Part shown: positions 12,040 to 25,185 of the stretch, piece by piece | Numbering within the stretch: position 1 is the first letter of the stretch | Layout: each line of letters starts with the position of its first letter | NCBI RefSeq assembly: GCF_006345805.1 | Contig: NC_043001.1 | Coordinates: 117,118,001 to 117,182,000 of the forward strand | Source of the DNA: Octopus sinensis | Taxonomy: Eukaryota | Direction: 5' to 3' | Length of the DNA stretch: 64,000 nt | Translations under genes and position numbers: made by a program | The notes under the pieces: model-generated | Database searches by the model: none | The model's input: only the letters and a program-made list of their open reading frames with translations | What the model was told of the DNA's origin: nothing

Positions 12040-13967
12040 TTTCCTTTTGGAAACCCTGTTCGCGAAGGATTTAGATGTATCTTGACGTACCTCACAAAAA
12101 ATAGCCGGGTGGAGTTTGATGCTATCACAGTACGATTTCGTTGTTTAGTATGTTCCGGGTAAAAGCATTCCGCACGTCGATGCCTTCTCTCGAGTGAGGT
12201 ATAAAGAGACTAACAATGGTGATATAATTTCCTTTGCTTTGCATTTAGACAAATGCGACAGTGCGTGGCAGGACATCGATTCCGTAATGATGGAAGGTAT
12301 CCGAAAACAACTACAGCAAGCCCTTGCCAGTTCACCTATCGCGCACTCAGTACATCGCGGATTTTCCTGGCTAATATATGTAAATTTACATCGCGGACTC
12401 CTCAGTATATCACGGGTTTCTGCGGCCGATAGGTATTTATATTTTTTTAGATTTTCATTATTTCTGTGAGAGGTTTTCGAAAATAACACCCGCAATAGTC
12501 GAGGGATTACTTTTAAATGAAAACGCATTTTATAACAAAATAAAAGAAATAATTTTACAGCAAAATTGGAGATCGGTCTCGAATCTGGAACGTGCATTTG
12601 TTTAACAGAAGGATTTTCTAACATGCGAAAATGGCTTAGTATATCATAAAAATCGTCCGTTTATTCCGGTGCTTTATAGAGCCACGGTATTAGCTAAAAT
12701 ACACGACACACAGACGGGCATTCAACAAACAATTAAGAAGGCACGACCCTGTATTTGTCGGTCTGGGTTGGCTTATTCGGTGGAGAAATTTGTCAAATCT
12801 TGCGGTAGTTGCCAGAGAATTAGGCCAAACTTATTAAAGGCAAATGATTCATGGCCTATTTCTGGGTCATGAGAATGTGTGCATATGGACTATTCCTAGG
12901 CCTTGGGAACATGTGCATATGGACCAAAACTTCGGTAACATACTCATAATTGTAGATGCCTGTTCAACATGGATCGAGGCGTTCTTGTGTCCTAATCACT
13001 CGACGGAGGCAGTAAAAAGCAAGCTGCTGGAGGTCTTTGCTCGTTTTAGAGTGCCCACAGCTTTAGTATCGGAGAACGGGCCTGCATTTGTTGCGTTAAA
13101 GAATATGTTGTCACCAATAGGTTGCAGAAGGATCGAGACACCTGCTTCTAGTCCGGCATCGAACGGCGCTGCTGAAAGGGGCCGCACAGACTGTGAAAAC
13201 TGCACTGGATCATTTTGATCGGAAGACGGAATTTCGGCAACTCCTTGATCAAATTTCTGTTCAACCATCGGCGTACCTCGGGTGGTTGTAAATCATCAAC
13301 GGCCGAAAAGTTAATGGAAAGACCACTGAGGGTTGCTGTAAACCCATTCTTTGAAATAGGTGCTGATGTGATACACAAAACCACATTCCACAAGGTTAAA
13401 GCTAAGGCAAAATATGTGATACATGCCGGAAAGAAAACTGCATGGATTAAGAAGGAGGATCATCCATTGCAGTTAATGGCAGTTGAGCAACTGGCCCTGC
13501 TGAACACACGGGAACCAGAACCAGAACCAGAATTGAGCACAAAACCTGACACATTGGTTCCCGCTGAGTCTGCAAAGATGTCTAACTGATGATGCGACCA
13601 TATCAAATCCCCGAGCTAGGCATGACACCAACACCGGAGTCATAGTAGAAGTGGAGCAGCCTATTATCGGCAACCCTAGCCGCCGAAGAAATTGCATCAG
13701 GTCCTCAACTGAGGCGGAGCACAAGATTGCGGCAGGATGTAAAAAGCCAAAACGTTTTGAAGAGTAATAATGTGATAGTTGCACTGGGTTGCTGATTTGT
13801 TATTCTGATATGTATATAGAACTCTCAAAGGAAGCTTCCTGCAACCACATGGAAATCATGACAGGAGAACGCTACTAGGAACGGTACAGCGTGGTCCTCG
13901 AAAAGTGAGCTGTGTAACTTGCAATTACGAACATTCAACAGTTGTTCTATAAGAGTGAAACACAACA
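12040..13967 (+). mobile_element. Degenerate Ty3/Gypsy LTR retrotransposon: RNase H end, integrase and candidate 3' LTR
   Basis: IAGWSLMLSQYDFVV*YVPGKSIPHVDAFSR (~12100-12195) is the RNase H end. KIHDTQTG...VKSCGSCQ is the integrase Zn finger. RPWEHVHMD...VSENGPAF...SNGAAER is the rve core. The order RH then IN is Gypsy-type. TG...CA segment 13771-13967 may be the LTR. There are stops and frameshifts. Confidence 0.85.
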
Positions 13968-14149
13968 GGAACATTATTTGGATAAGAAAAGTGGCGTGTC
14001 ATAAAAATGTGAATGTATTTATTTTAAAAATCCCCAGTCTAAACCGATAATAAAAGAGTGTGCCCTAGTAATTCACTCTGATAAAAATAATATTACAAAA
14101 GTGTGTATATTTATATGTGTATCTATGTGTGCAACAAGAAAATATTCAA

Positions 14150-15125
14150 CCTTTGCCGACTCCTTACTCATCCTTGACCTGTTATTCGAAGATGACTGAG
14201 CCCTGCTAATGCACACTGCGGTGACTTTCTAGACAGTCGTGTCTAACATTGTTAATGCAGCCAAGGCCTTTGGCTTCACTGTTAGTCTGAAGAAAAGTGA
14301 AGTGCCGTTTCAGAAACCGACATATGCCACATACCGACCACCGCAAATCAGCATCAAAGAACACACCCTTAACGCTGTTGAACTTCACCTACCCGGGGAG
14401 CGTAATTTCTAATAACATAACCTGTGAAAAGGACATTGACAAACGCATTGCCAAACCCAACACCTCCTTTGGATGACTGCAGAGGCGCGTATGGCAGAAC
14501 TGTACGTTGCACCCGTCCACAAAGATCAAAGTCTACAAGGCAGTTGTCATCATTACTCTCCTCTATGGGTCAGAAGCTTGGGTGCTGTATAGGACGCGAG
14601 TAAAGCTGCTGGAACGCCTCCACTAGAGCTGCCTTCGCTCGATCATGGACATCTCATGGAAGGAACAGGTCAGCAACAACAAAGCCCTCCAGCCGACCAA
14701 ATCCTGAGCACTGAAGCTATGCTGCTCAGACAGCACAAATGCAAAAAGTTATATTATACGAGGATAATCCAGAATGCAAAAAGCGTTATTATACCTCGAG
14801 CTTAGTCAGGACAAAAGAGACAGATGAGTAATCCGGAAGCGTTGTAAAGACCAACTGAAAAGCGAGTTCCCCAGGTGAGAAGGATTTGTAGCACAGAGGG
14901 AGGTGTGGAGAAACTGCATGGACGTCACTGAAAGCAGCTCTGGCGGGTGAGAGACGTGAACGAAGGAAAGAGTCATTGTCACGACCCCCATCTCACCAAA
15001 ACCTATGCATATATTTTGCTCCAAATGCACCAGAGCCTGTTGTTACAAGGATCGGTAAACAGTTACCCGAAGACTTGCTGCTGTTCCTCATGATCTTCGG
15101 ACACGAAGAACTGCCATCATGTCAT
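14150..15125 (+). mobile_element. RTE-BovB-like LINE, 5'-truncated and degenerate
   Basis: LLFEDD*AL...AKAFGFTVSLKKSEV...TYPGSVIS...STKIKVYKAVVIITLLYGSEAW...SCLRSIM is the RT C-terminal half. Tail ATCTTCGGACACGAAGAACTGCCATCAT. Confidence 0.85.
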
Positions 15126-15149
15126 ATCATGCGTATGTATATCATGTGT

Positions 15150-15280
15150 GTGAATGTATGTATGTATGTATGTATGTATGTATGTATGTATGTATGTATG
15201 TATCTATGTATACATACATACATACATACGTACATACATACATACATACATACATACACATATATCTATCTATCTATCTA

Positions 15281-15330
<50 letters not shown>
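15150..15330. repeat. Compound (ATGT)n/(ACAT)n/(ATCT)n/(AT)n microsatellite
   Basis: Direct reading. Confidence 0.95.
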
Positions 15331-15334
<4 letters not shown>

Positions 15335-16229
15335 CAGAGGTGGGCACCGTTAATCAAAAAGTTAACTTCGTTAATCGTTAATCCGTTAATTCTTTGATGA
15401 TCTACGTGTTGCGGTGTTTTTCTTCCTGCCTGTGCCTAGTAGTTTTAAAGAGAAAGTCAATAAGCACAACAATTCTTCTCTTTAGACTTGAAGGTCTGAC
15501 AACAGTTGCTCAGCTAGCTAAGGTGGCTGCGGTAACCAGTAGGCTATGGGTTTCACATTAGAGTGGCCTTACAGGCTTGGAGAACTCTACCTATCCTGGA
15601 GTTGCTAGAAGGGTGTCAAGGAGGGCACCGGGCCGCCTGAGGAACTCCATTCCTTGATTTGCTTTCGAGGTTGACTCCCTGAATATTTTCCTTTCTCAAG
15701 GCATTGGCGAGGCAGTAAAATTTGTGCTTGGAGTTTCTTCCATTACATGCTAAGCTTAGCTGGGACCCTGACAGGTGCTACAATACTCCGAGTTAGAGTA
15801 GATCTGGGAACAATATTAGCTAAGAGATGGCTCCACACTCTTCAAAACCGTAGGACTGTCGAACCAGGACCCATTACCAGATGGAGTTTAAAGTCCTACC
15901 CAGGACACACCCACACGCACAGCGGTAATTGAATAAACAGTAATAAAGAGTAAAAAAATATAACTAACTGAAAATAGTTACCGACAAAATCAAATGAAAC
16001 TTCATCATCTCCATCAATGACCAATTAGCTGAGTGAACAATCACCTTACGAATCTACAGAAATCCTACCGACCTGATATCCTCAATGGACAAAATGTCTA
16101 AGGAACAACTCACAGAGATCGTCAATTGGACATTGAATGTTTTACTCTACTGCACTGTGATTACCATTCGCCAACAGTTGGGTATAACAGATAGATTAAA
16201 CTAAGAAAAAAACAACAACAACAACAAAA

Positions 16230-17235
16230 CAACCAAAATGGATGACATCTGTCCAGAAAAAATATCGAGACTAAGAGAAAATATTGGACAGTATGACATT
16301 ATCATTAAGGGCAAAGTGAATAATAAATTTACTAACTACCAGCTGCGACTTTAAAGTAGGTTGTCTAAGGAATGCCGACAAGAGACTTGTGGTCCAGATA
16401 ATTGCCTTTATACACGAACTGCGATCAGCGAGTGAAAAACTTCGTCATCGCAAAAAAGTTTACTAAATCGCAAAGCCATCAATTACAAGTTTGTACAAAA
16501 AGGTACAGGTAATATATCGCAATATGAAAAGCTCTATCATCAAGGTCATAGATGCTCCTCTCCAGGATGATCTTGAGTCATTTGTGGGGAGGAACGTGGA
16601 CTGTAAACAAACAGTTGTGATATAGTGTGGTTAGATGAGCTCCGAAGTGAGTACTGTGCAAATGGCACTCCCAAAACTTACAGGTCATCAGTGAAACTGT
16701 GTTTACAAAACTACCGAACAGAAAATTACCTGGGAGTGACCTGAGAGTCAGTTATTCGTACAGAGAGCTCATGTTTTACAGGTCATTCCTCGTTAATCTA
16801 TTCAAAAGAACAACAATGCTGAGTTGATAGTTGCACGTACAACACGAGTAACTAAAAACCAGGAGATACAATGACCAAAAACTACAGGCCCATAGCACCA
16901 TAGTATAATTAATTGTGATGTATAATTCATGTACAAGTGAAATGAAACATCCCGATAGGATTACTGTGAAATACGCGAAGTGGTGACAAATGACCAGGAA
17001 GGAGGAAAGAAAGGAATTTGGGGCTGTACCAAACAGCTCCTAAGCAACAAAGGAAACTTATTGTGCCCGGTACTGGGCTACGTAATAATAAATCTGCAGG
17101 AAAATTTAGAAATGCTGGGGTTCTCCATAAAAGAAACGAGTAAACTGATTTGCATTTCCCAAATACGATCGATTGAAAGTAGGGAAAAATTTGCAGAAAA
17201 TTCCATGGGATTTTCATGTGAGGGTCCTAGTCTGA
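16230..17235 (+). mobile_element. Degenerate R4/Dong-like (RLE-type) non-LTR retrotransposon pieces
   Basis: IYRNMKSSIIKVIDAP-like linker (~16510-16560) and PVLGYVIINLQENLEMLGFSIKETSKLICISQIRSI (~17067-17175) resemble the RLE C-terminus. Matched by memory only. Confidence 0.45.
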
Positions 17236-18078
17236 ACACACACACACACATTACCAGTAATAATACACACACTTAACAACTGTTGTCTGTTTGTTTTCGT
17301 CCCCATAACCTAGCAGTCCGACAGTCGAATAAGTGCCAGAATTAAAAATATGTTATCGGGTCGATTTGTTCGACTAGATCCCTAAAGACGATGCTCTCGC
17401 ATGGATGCAGTTCAATGAATGAAACACGTAAAAGATAAAAAGATAAAAGAAAAAAATACATCTTTTATACTTTGTCTTCACTTCAGCTTTGTTATTATTT
17501 TTATTTTAGTGTCCTTTGTCTGGAAATCTCCTGAGACCTCTTCAACGACACTCCTTCCCACGTGTCTCCTTTTCTGTTTATTCCATTCTGTTTTTCCGTG
17601 GTGTGTGTTAAGAATAATAAAATGAGAATGATCATAAAGCTGAAGTGAAGACCAAGTATATAGGGCAAAATATATGATCATCCCCAAATATAACAATATC
17701 TGTTTCAACACACGATTTCACATCAAGAATCTTGCAAAATAAATACACAAACGTATATATCTTTTATATATTTTACTTGTTTCTGTCATTGGGTGCGGCC
17801 ATGCTGGGACACTGCCTTGAAAGGTTTTAGTGGAACAAAGATAAAAGAATCTTTTGTTTCAGTCATTGGACAGCGGCCATACAGGTGTAGCGCCTTGAGG
17901 GGCTTTAGTGGAGCAAAGGGACACAAGTACTTGTATATATTTTATTGGTTAACCATATATTTTAAAACTTGAACTTATTCTGTCACTCTCTATTGCCGAA
18001 CCGCAACTTCACGGGGGACGTAAATAAACCGACACCGTTGGAAAACCGATTATAGCAGCGATTACATCAATTCCTAAG

Positions 18079-18122
18079 GATATCTGAAGAAGGAAGGAAT
18101 TTTTATTCCGAAATATCATATC
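18079..18122 (+). ncRNA. Minimal type I hammerhead ribozyme-like motif, intact core
   Basis: GATAT CTGAAGA A GGAA GGAATTTTTA TTCC GAAA T ATC ATATC: stem I 5 bp perfect, CUGANGA, stem II GGAA/TTCC, GAAA, AUC triplet. Confidence 0.6.
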
Positions 18123-18533
18123 AGACTCTGGATGATTAAATTACAACAGCTATGGTAGTCCATTGTCTGTATTATAGTGCATTGTTGTACCATTCAAAAC
18201 ATTATATATATATATAAAATGGCGGTGCTCCAGCATGGCCACAGTCATTGAATTGAAACATATAAGAGAATAAGATAATATATATATATATGGGAGGGGA
18301 GGTGTACCCTCGCGCGCGTGTGTGCACACGGGCATCGATCCCGGTCAGCCTTGCTATCCGAATAGAATATGCGGATGTCCAATAAGACCGGAACAGGGCA
18401 ATTAGCTTCAAAGACCAGGTACAACCCAATCTGTATATTGTTAAAAGATTGCTAACAACCGAGCTCATTGTCTACTAGTTGCACGGATAATAGTCTCAGT
18501 CGACTGGAGATTTTAGTTTACATATATAAGATT

Positions 18534-18649
18534 TCGGGGTCGATAAATTAAGTACCAGTTACGCACTGGGGTCGATATAATCGACTTAATCCTTTGTCTG
18601 TCCTTGTTTGTCCCCTCTATGTTTAGCCCCTTGTGGGTAGTAAAGAAAT
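18534..18649 (+). mobile_element. 5'-truncated SINE-B, ~340 bp upstream of the G-gamma ATG
   Basis: The 3' half is nearly identical to 38299-38522. 12-bp TSD ATATATAAGATT at 18522-18533 and 18650-18661. Confidence 0.9.
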
Positions 18650-18834
18650 ATATATAAGATTATACAACATGATCCAGTCTTATTATGTCTTTTAAAGACA
18701 GCAGTATGCGGTCTGAAGGAATTTAGCTGTTATTTCTAGCAGGTCAAATGATCCTGCAGTGGCGCCTATGTGAATGGAATTTTTGAAGAGAGGAAGCAGA
18801 GAGAAAGGAAAGAAGATTGTTAGTTGTAACCATG

Positions 18835-18908
18835 TGACGTCATCAAAGAAGCGGAGTAATTGCGAACGAGAATCTCATTGACGTCTCGTTTCACTGAACT
18901 TTGTCAGT
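18835..18908 (+). promoter_or_regulatory. Probable G-gamma proximal promoter with CRE motifs and an Inr-like element
   Basis: Perfect CRE TGACGTCA at 18835-18842, TGACGTCT at 18879-18886 and TCAGT at 18904-18908. About 9 CpG in ~90 nt against a CpG-poor background, 80-150 nt before the ATG. Confidence 0.5.
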
Positions 18909-18986
18909 AGTCGGTGCGCGCAAGCAATTAGTGTTTCTTCATTCACTCATTATTTCGTCTGTCAATAATTGAATCCTACTTCGAAA

Positions 18987-19081
18987 ATGTCTAGTCAAGT
19001 CCAGTCTCTGCAGAAACAACTCTCCCAGTTACGCCAGGAAGCTAGTATCTCTAGAATTCCTGTGTCGCAAGCTATAGAGGA
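18987..19081 (+). CDS. GNG: Heterotrimeric G-protein gamma subunit, coding exon 1 (MSSQVQSLQKQLSQLRQEASISRIPVSQAIE + GA)
   Basis: AAAATG start, N-terminal GGL-domain pattern (QL..L..EA...R..VS.A) and donor GA|GTAAGT at 19082, phase 2. The symbol is family-level only. Confidence 0.93.
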
Positions 19082-21278
19082 GTAAGTGATGATTTCTTCA
19101 ATATTAATTAGTTTTTCTTTTCCTTTTCACTTAATTAATTAACTGCTTTTTGGTACTTCTTTGTTTTAGATTGTTTTTTTTTTTGACGAATTATTGATTA
19201 CTAGAATCTGCTACTATTATGATTTCTTAATTATAACCATCTTCTGCCTATTCCGTATCCTTTATAGTCGCGCACATCATTCTCTTCCATTTCAATTTGT
19301 CGGCATAGATGCACACCTACCAGTTAATCAGTTTAGCCCCAGGTCTGCGGAAATCGAGCAGATTCATCATCCAAGGCTTTCCATCCCTAATCTCTTCGAC
19401 TCTTCCTTTTTGCAATGCACCCTGAGCCAAATTTTTGAATCTGATCTTTTCTCAGGTGATGGAGTATAACTTGAAAGATATTTCACTGTTATTTTTAGCA
19501 AATCTAACGGCCATGTAGAAGCTCTCGCTGACTCACTACTATAGAAACCAACAAGGGAGCCTTTACGTGATAGCTCGATTTGCTAGAAATAGCAGCCACA
19601 CCTCCCTCACACTCCTTAGTGTCTTTAAAAATAGGAAAGTCACTGATCAGTGCTGGAGATGGTCACGTTTGGAATACCGCTTTGATCATAATTCTACTCT
19701 ATCGGGTTTGATCTAGGAAAGGTGGGGTCAAACAGCAGCAGTATTTAAATTATGTATGTTTATTATTTGATCTAATTCCAGTTGGATACTAATATCGATT
19801 GATGAGTTAGTTACCTTGGTAGTGTATCAGTCATCTTAACGAATTGTTGCTATTCTTCATCATTGATTATCTTATTACGACAGAAATGGAAAATGAACAA
19901 GTGTTGCTTTATGGCTGACATCTTGGTAGTAATAGCAGTCAGTAGAGATGGTGCTGCCCGTGTTGATGATGATGGTAGTAGTTTCGCCCCAGTTCAGCTC
20001 CGAGGAGACTTAGAAGCAAAGGCGTTGTAACCATGGCCATCTCGTCTTTTTAGAGCGATCTAGGATCGTACCACTCTGATGGGTTCGTTTTATAAAACGA
20101 TAGCGTGGCTACCGCGCCGAGGTTTCTTGTATAAAGATAATTAATGGTAGATTCCAACTAGAGCAATAAGACGGGGTTTGTCTTGAGAAGAGATATATTA
20201 GCTTTTCTGTTGGCATTAATTCAATTTCGTAAGATGAAGTGTGAAGCTGAACTCGAGTCCTTCATTGCAGCACATGAAACATAAATAATTAGAATATTAT
20301 TGATAAATCTTTAAAATAACCAGTTTTGCAGTGAAGAATGCACTCTTGGTGTATATTAAATATATTCTTAGTCTGTTTATGTGTCGAGTGAGATTTCTGT
20401 CGAAGATTAGCTTTCCAGGTTTAATTAGCTATTTTAAACTACATATAACTACAAGGGACGATCTCTATGTAGGTGCTCGAACTGCTAGAAATAGCAGCTG
20501 AACCCTCCTTCAAACCATACCATAGTCTTAAAAAAATCGGAGTTCTATCATGGAAAAGAATGGATTAGTCGGGGTTTTAAGTTTTTAATCTTAAGGATAC
20601 TCAAACATAGCTGATCTGAGCCTAATCACGAACAGCGGTGGAGTTTATGTAGTCACTCACAATAGCAGTCAAATCTCCTCTAAACCACATGTTATCACTT
20701 AAAAATGAAGGAGAGAAAAAACCTAAACAATATAGAAAAATGATATTCTGGATTCACTCTGTAAGAACGACGAGGTTGTGGCTGCAATGGCTTTAACGAT
20801 AAGTTTACTCTATCAGGTACTTAGTAGTTAAACGGCAGCAGTTGATAAATACTACTTTTAAAGGAATGAATTTTGAAACTCAGCCGAAATATTTTCGAGG
20901 GTTAGTCATACGAAGCTAGGAACGAAAGTAACCATCCACCTCAATGTAGCAGCAGTAATTAACATTTAATGCTTTTAGGAAATAGAAAGTATTCTTGCTT
21001 TTTTTGTTTTTGTTTTAAGAAGCTTATAAAAGATTAATTAGTTAAACTTCTTTCTGTAATTATTATGACTTCGCTGATTGAAGGGAAGAATGTCGAAGAT
21101 ATTAATTACATATGCGGATGGAACATGGTAAGAATGCTTGAATGAGAGCGTAGGGCGGGAGGAAGTAAAGTATTATTCAACTGATCATTTCGGAAACCTA
21201 TTTTGGTGGTACTTTCCTGACTATATATCTTACTACAAAACTTTCCGAATGTAAAAAGTTGCATATATATATATAGTT

Positions 21279-21315
<37 letters not shown>

Positions 21316-24300
21316 GTTTCAGCTAGAACCATAGCTTCTTATTAACTTATTTTCTTTGAAGGTTCAGGTTTGATACAATATAGCAGCAATCAAGTTACTG
21401 GCAATTTAACCAACTACCCTCCTCCAAATTGCTGGCCTTGTGCCTAAATTAGAAATTATTAGGGCGATAGATTGGCAGAATTGTTGGTGTTGGACAAAAT
21501 ACTTAGTGGTACTTGTTCCAGCTTTTTAGTTCGAGTTCAAATCCCGCCGAGGCTAACTACCTTTCCTCCTTTTAGGGTTGATAAGCGAAGTACCAACCAA
21601 ACAATCGACTATTCCTTTATAGTGTTGGTCTTGTACTTAATCTAGAAACAACTATTATTTACCATATCAGCTAATTAAAAACTCTTCATATCGTATAATA
21701 ATTTTAATCATTTACCAATTAAATCATTTTCGTTAATAGTCTTGAGAAATTCGTGAATGATGCTGAATCTCATTTCTCTTTGCTCGAAAGGTTTTGTATC
21801 TAATGACAAAATCTTCATTCTGTATAAACAATGTTGAAGAAATACTGTTCTTTTTTATTATTTACGTTAGTAGTCAGTTGTATATTCTGGTGATTCATTG
21901 AGGCAAGGCGTCGCATTTTCTGTTTTTACTTAAGTCTGAATGTAATTGATGTACACCACATGGGTCGTATTGAAATGTGACGATACGATAACATATCATC
22001 ACTTGATCAGTACTTGCTTTTATGAACTAGTCTAAATCAAAATTATCATTAAATATAAAATATAACTGAATATCATCGATAGAGGAAGATTTAAACAAAG
22101 TGTGTAAGATGATGAAGTAACTGAGGCAACAAGCTATTAAAAGATTATAGCTGAAAACTTAAAGGAATCAGTAATATTAAATAAATAGTATATTTTTAAA
22201 TATTTGGCAAGTTCTTTTAAAACGAGAATGAGCATTAAAAGAGATAGATTTAAATTTGAGCCACTGACGTCTCGTTGTTAATTTTATTTTCTAAACCCAT
22301 CATATCTCGCTATCCATCCTGTGTCGATGAAACAAGTACCTGTTAATTATTGAGAGGAGTCCACATAATTGGTCGTTCCTCTCCCCACAATTCTTGACCT
22401 TATTATTTTCCATTTGCAAAATTAGGGTTATCCTATTTTCGTCAGTGCATGATTACTTAGATGGGAATTCTCTGTTAACAAATATTTGCCACCGGATAAA
22501 GAGGCGGTTTGTTTCGTAAAATGTTGGCGCATATTACTATTAAAATTCGAGAAACTATTCGGTTACCATCACTTCATCTCTTCATTTCTTCCTTCCTGTC
22601 GACTATGTGTGTGTGTGTGTTTTCTAAGTTATAAAAATCGGCAAAAATGCGGCTTCGCTCTGTTTATCAATTAATTCTTTGTTCCCATTAAGGCAGCTGG
22701 CCTGGCACCCACCTCCGTCTCTCTCTCTCTGAGTATGGCTGTTTGTCCCACCACATCAACCTGTGTTGAACTATGTGAAGTGGCAGCTGACTTAGTTCTA
22801 AACTATTCAAACATCGTCAACAGACAAATATTTCTCTGTTTTCTGTAATATAAGTCTCAGTTTATATTTATTTATGGTGAGTGTGATATTAAAAAAAAAA
22901 TCCCTACTCATATACACACTTCTAAACGTGCAAACTTTCGAGAACCCATAAATGTTTATAGTGAGGGGGGAAATAGCTCTTTATTCTTGTTTCAGTCATT
23001 GGACTGCAGCCATGCTGGGACATCACCTCAGTTTTAAGTCTGGCACCTCTTCTATCGATCTTTTTTGCCGAACTGCTAACCTAAGACACCACCGGTTGAG
23101 ACACACACACACACACACGACGGGCGGTCCTTATTAAATTTTTGGCAGCCCTTTGAAGTTTTTCAGATTTTCACCAGATTATTTTGGGGGCAAAATTATA
23201 TAAGAGCTATATTTTTTGAAAATAATCTGTTGATTATTTTCAAGTGGTTGGAAGAAATTTAACAAGAATGTGACACTTCCACCACAATTTTCTGCTACCA
23301 AATTTAAACTCAGGGAATTGGTTGGTCTGAGGATATAGTTGGAAAAACTTGCACAGTGGGACGGAATCTAAAACCCACAAGAGTATGAATTGAACTTCTT
23401 AACCACACGTCCATGACAAAATTATGTGAAATATTTTTGCTTACTTTGTCTTCGTAGGAACCTGACAAAATTCTTGTTTACCTTAAGACCTTTCTTAAAA
23501 GTAACTTGTCCTTTTAAAAATTGTTTCTAAGTGTATTGTTTGTTTACTTCTAATTAACGAGTTAAACCAAAATCTAGCTTTTTTTTTTTTTTACAGTTTA
23601 GGCACATTCTTAAGACATAAACTTATACTCTGTAGAAATCAAGCAGTTGAACTAACTTGGTGTTTGTATGTATCATCAACATCATCATCTTTGTTGTAAT
23701 ATTTACTTTTCTAGGCTAGCGTGGGTCAGACGAGAATATATTAAGGCAGTTTTTCTATGGCCAGATGCCCTTCCTCTTGCAAATCCCCACTTATTTTCAA
23801 CTTTTGAACAGCTTGGACATACATACATGCATGCATGCATGAGTGGGTTTGTGTCTCCTTGGTTAGAAATCTTGTGATGGTTGTAAACAAGCATCACTTA
23901 TATAAGCAGTGTTCCTCATTTTCAATCTGTGAAAACATGTCAGGCCAAGGGAAAATATTACCTTAGTTGAAAACAGGTGAGCTTTAGCAACAGAAAGGGT
24001 ATCCAGATGTAGAAGATCCAATTTAGTGAATTCCGTTTTATGCTCCCTTGATAAGGAATATCCAGTTCAGTTTAGCCTTTCCTTTAGAGGTACATTTTTT
24101 AAATACTTCATACCTTACAACCTGCCTTCTCAAATTACATGTAAGCCCAGCAGAATTAATTGTTTCAATTGGGTAGGTAATAGCAGTAATAGTAGGATTA
24201 ACTAATTTTATACTTATTCACTGGTGGATTATGTTGTTAATCTCAGCTTTAGTCAAGTGGGATTTATTTATCTTTAAATGGACTTCATTGTGTTGGTAGA

Positions 24301-24871
24301 TTACGGTAATTGATATTGTATTTTGTAAATATTTATATTAGCTTTATTTCTATTGAAATGTACTGGTATGCAACTTCTAATGATGGTCACTTTGATGTTA
24401 TTGTCACTTTCTGCTATTATTTAGCCCTTGGCAGCTATTCACATTGTCTTCTCACTTATTTACTTATCAACCTATCCACCCACCTATATATGTCTATTTA
24501 CATGGGGAGTTTAGGCATATGTTAAAGCTTACAATCTACTTGTTGGACTGTTTAGCAATTTCGTTAAGACAAAGAGTATATGTTGTCCTGTTGTTTGCAT
24601 TTCTGTTTTGAAGACAGAATGGCTGTAATAATACCTGTTCATAAGTATCTTTTCTACCTAAGACACAAGGCCTGGAATTTTGTAGGAATTATTTGATTAT
24701 ATTGAACCTAGTACATAACTGGTACTTATTGTATCAACACTGAAAGGACGAAAGGCAAAGTCAATTTTGGTGGCATTTGTACTCAGAATGTAAAGCTGGA
24801 AGAAATGGTAAACATTAAGTCCAGCGTGCTGACAATTCTGCCATTTTGCTGACTTGCTATATATATATATA

Positions 24872-25170
24872 TCACGTCACGTGACCGACCAGGCTATCAG
24901 ATGTTGCTACACATCGCTGGTCACAATGCGCTTCACATTGTTTTAGCCTTCAAATGATGCCACCCCGCTGGCTAAGCGAGGAGCAGGCCAAACAGAAGAA
25001 AGAGTGAGAGAAAGTTGTGGCGAAAGAGTACAGCAGGGATCGCCACCACCCCTGCCGGAGCTTTAGGTGTTTTCGCTCAATAAACACTCACAACGCCTGG
25101 TCTGGGAATCGAAACTGTGATCCTATGACCGCGAGTCCGCTGCCCTAACCACCGGGCCATTGCACCTCCA
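24872..25170 (-). mobile_element. SINE-C-headed element with a different 3' tail
   Basis: 24990-25170 matches the SINE-C head and central part. 24872-24985 is unrelated to the SINE-C tail. Confidence 0.85.
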
Positions 25171-25185
25171 CATATACATATATAT

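Noticed and set aside
11395-12624. Minus-strand ORFs of 129 and 159 aa
   Set aside because: They are antisense shadows of the Gypsy region, with no motifs.
15335-15400. hAT-like terminus CAGAGGTGGGCACCGTTAA
   Set aside because: Only one end was found, with no partner TIR or 8-bp TSD.
18325-18400. T-arm-like CGGG-ATCGATG-CCCG plus a hairpin on the minus strand
   Set aside because: No D-arm or acceptor stem can be built. This is insufficient for a tRNA or ncRNA call.
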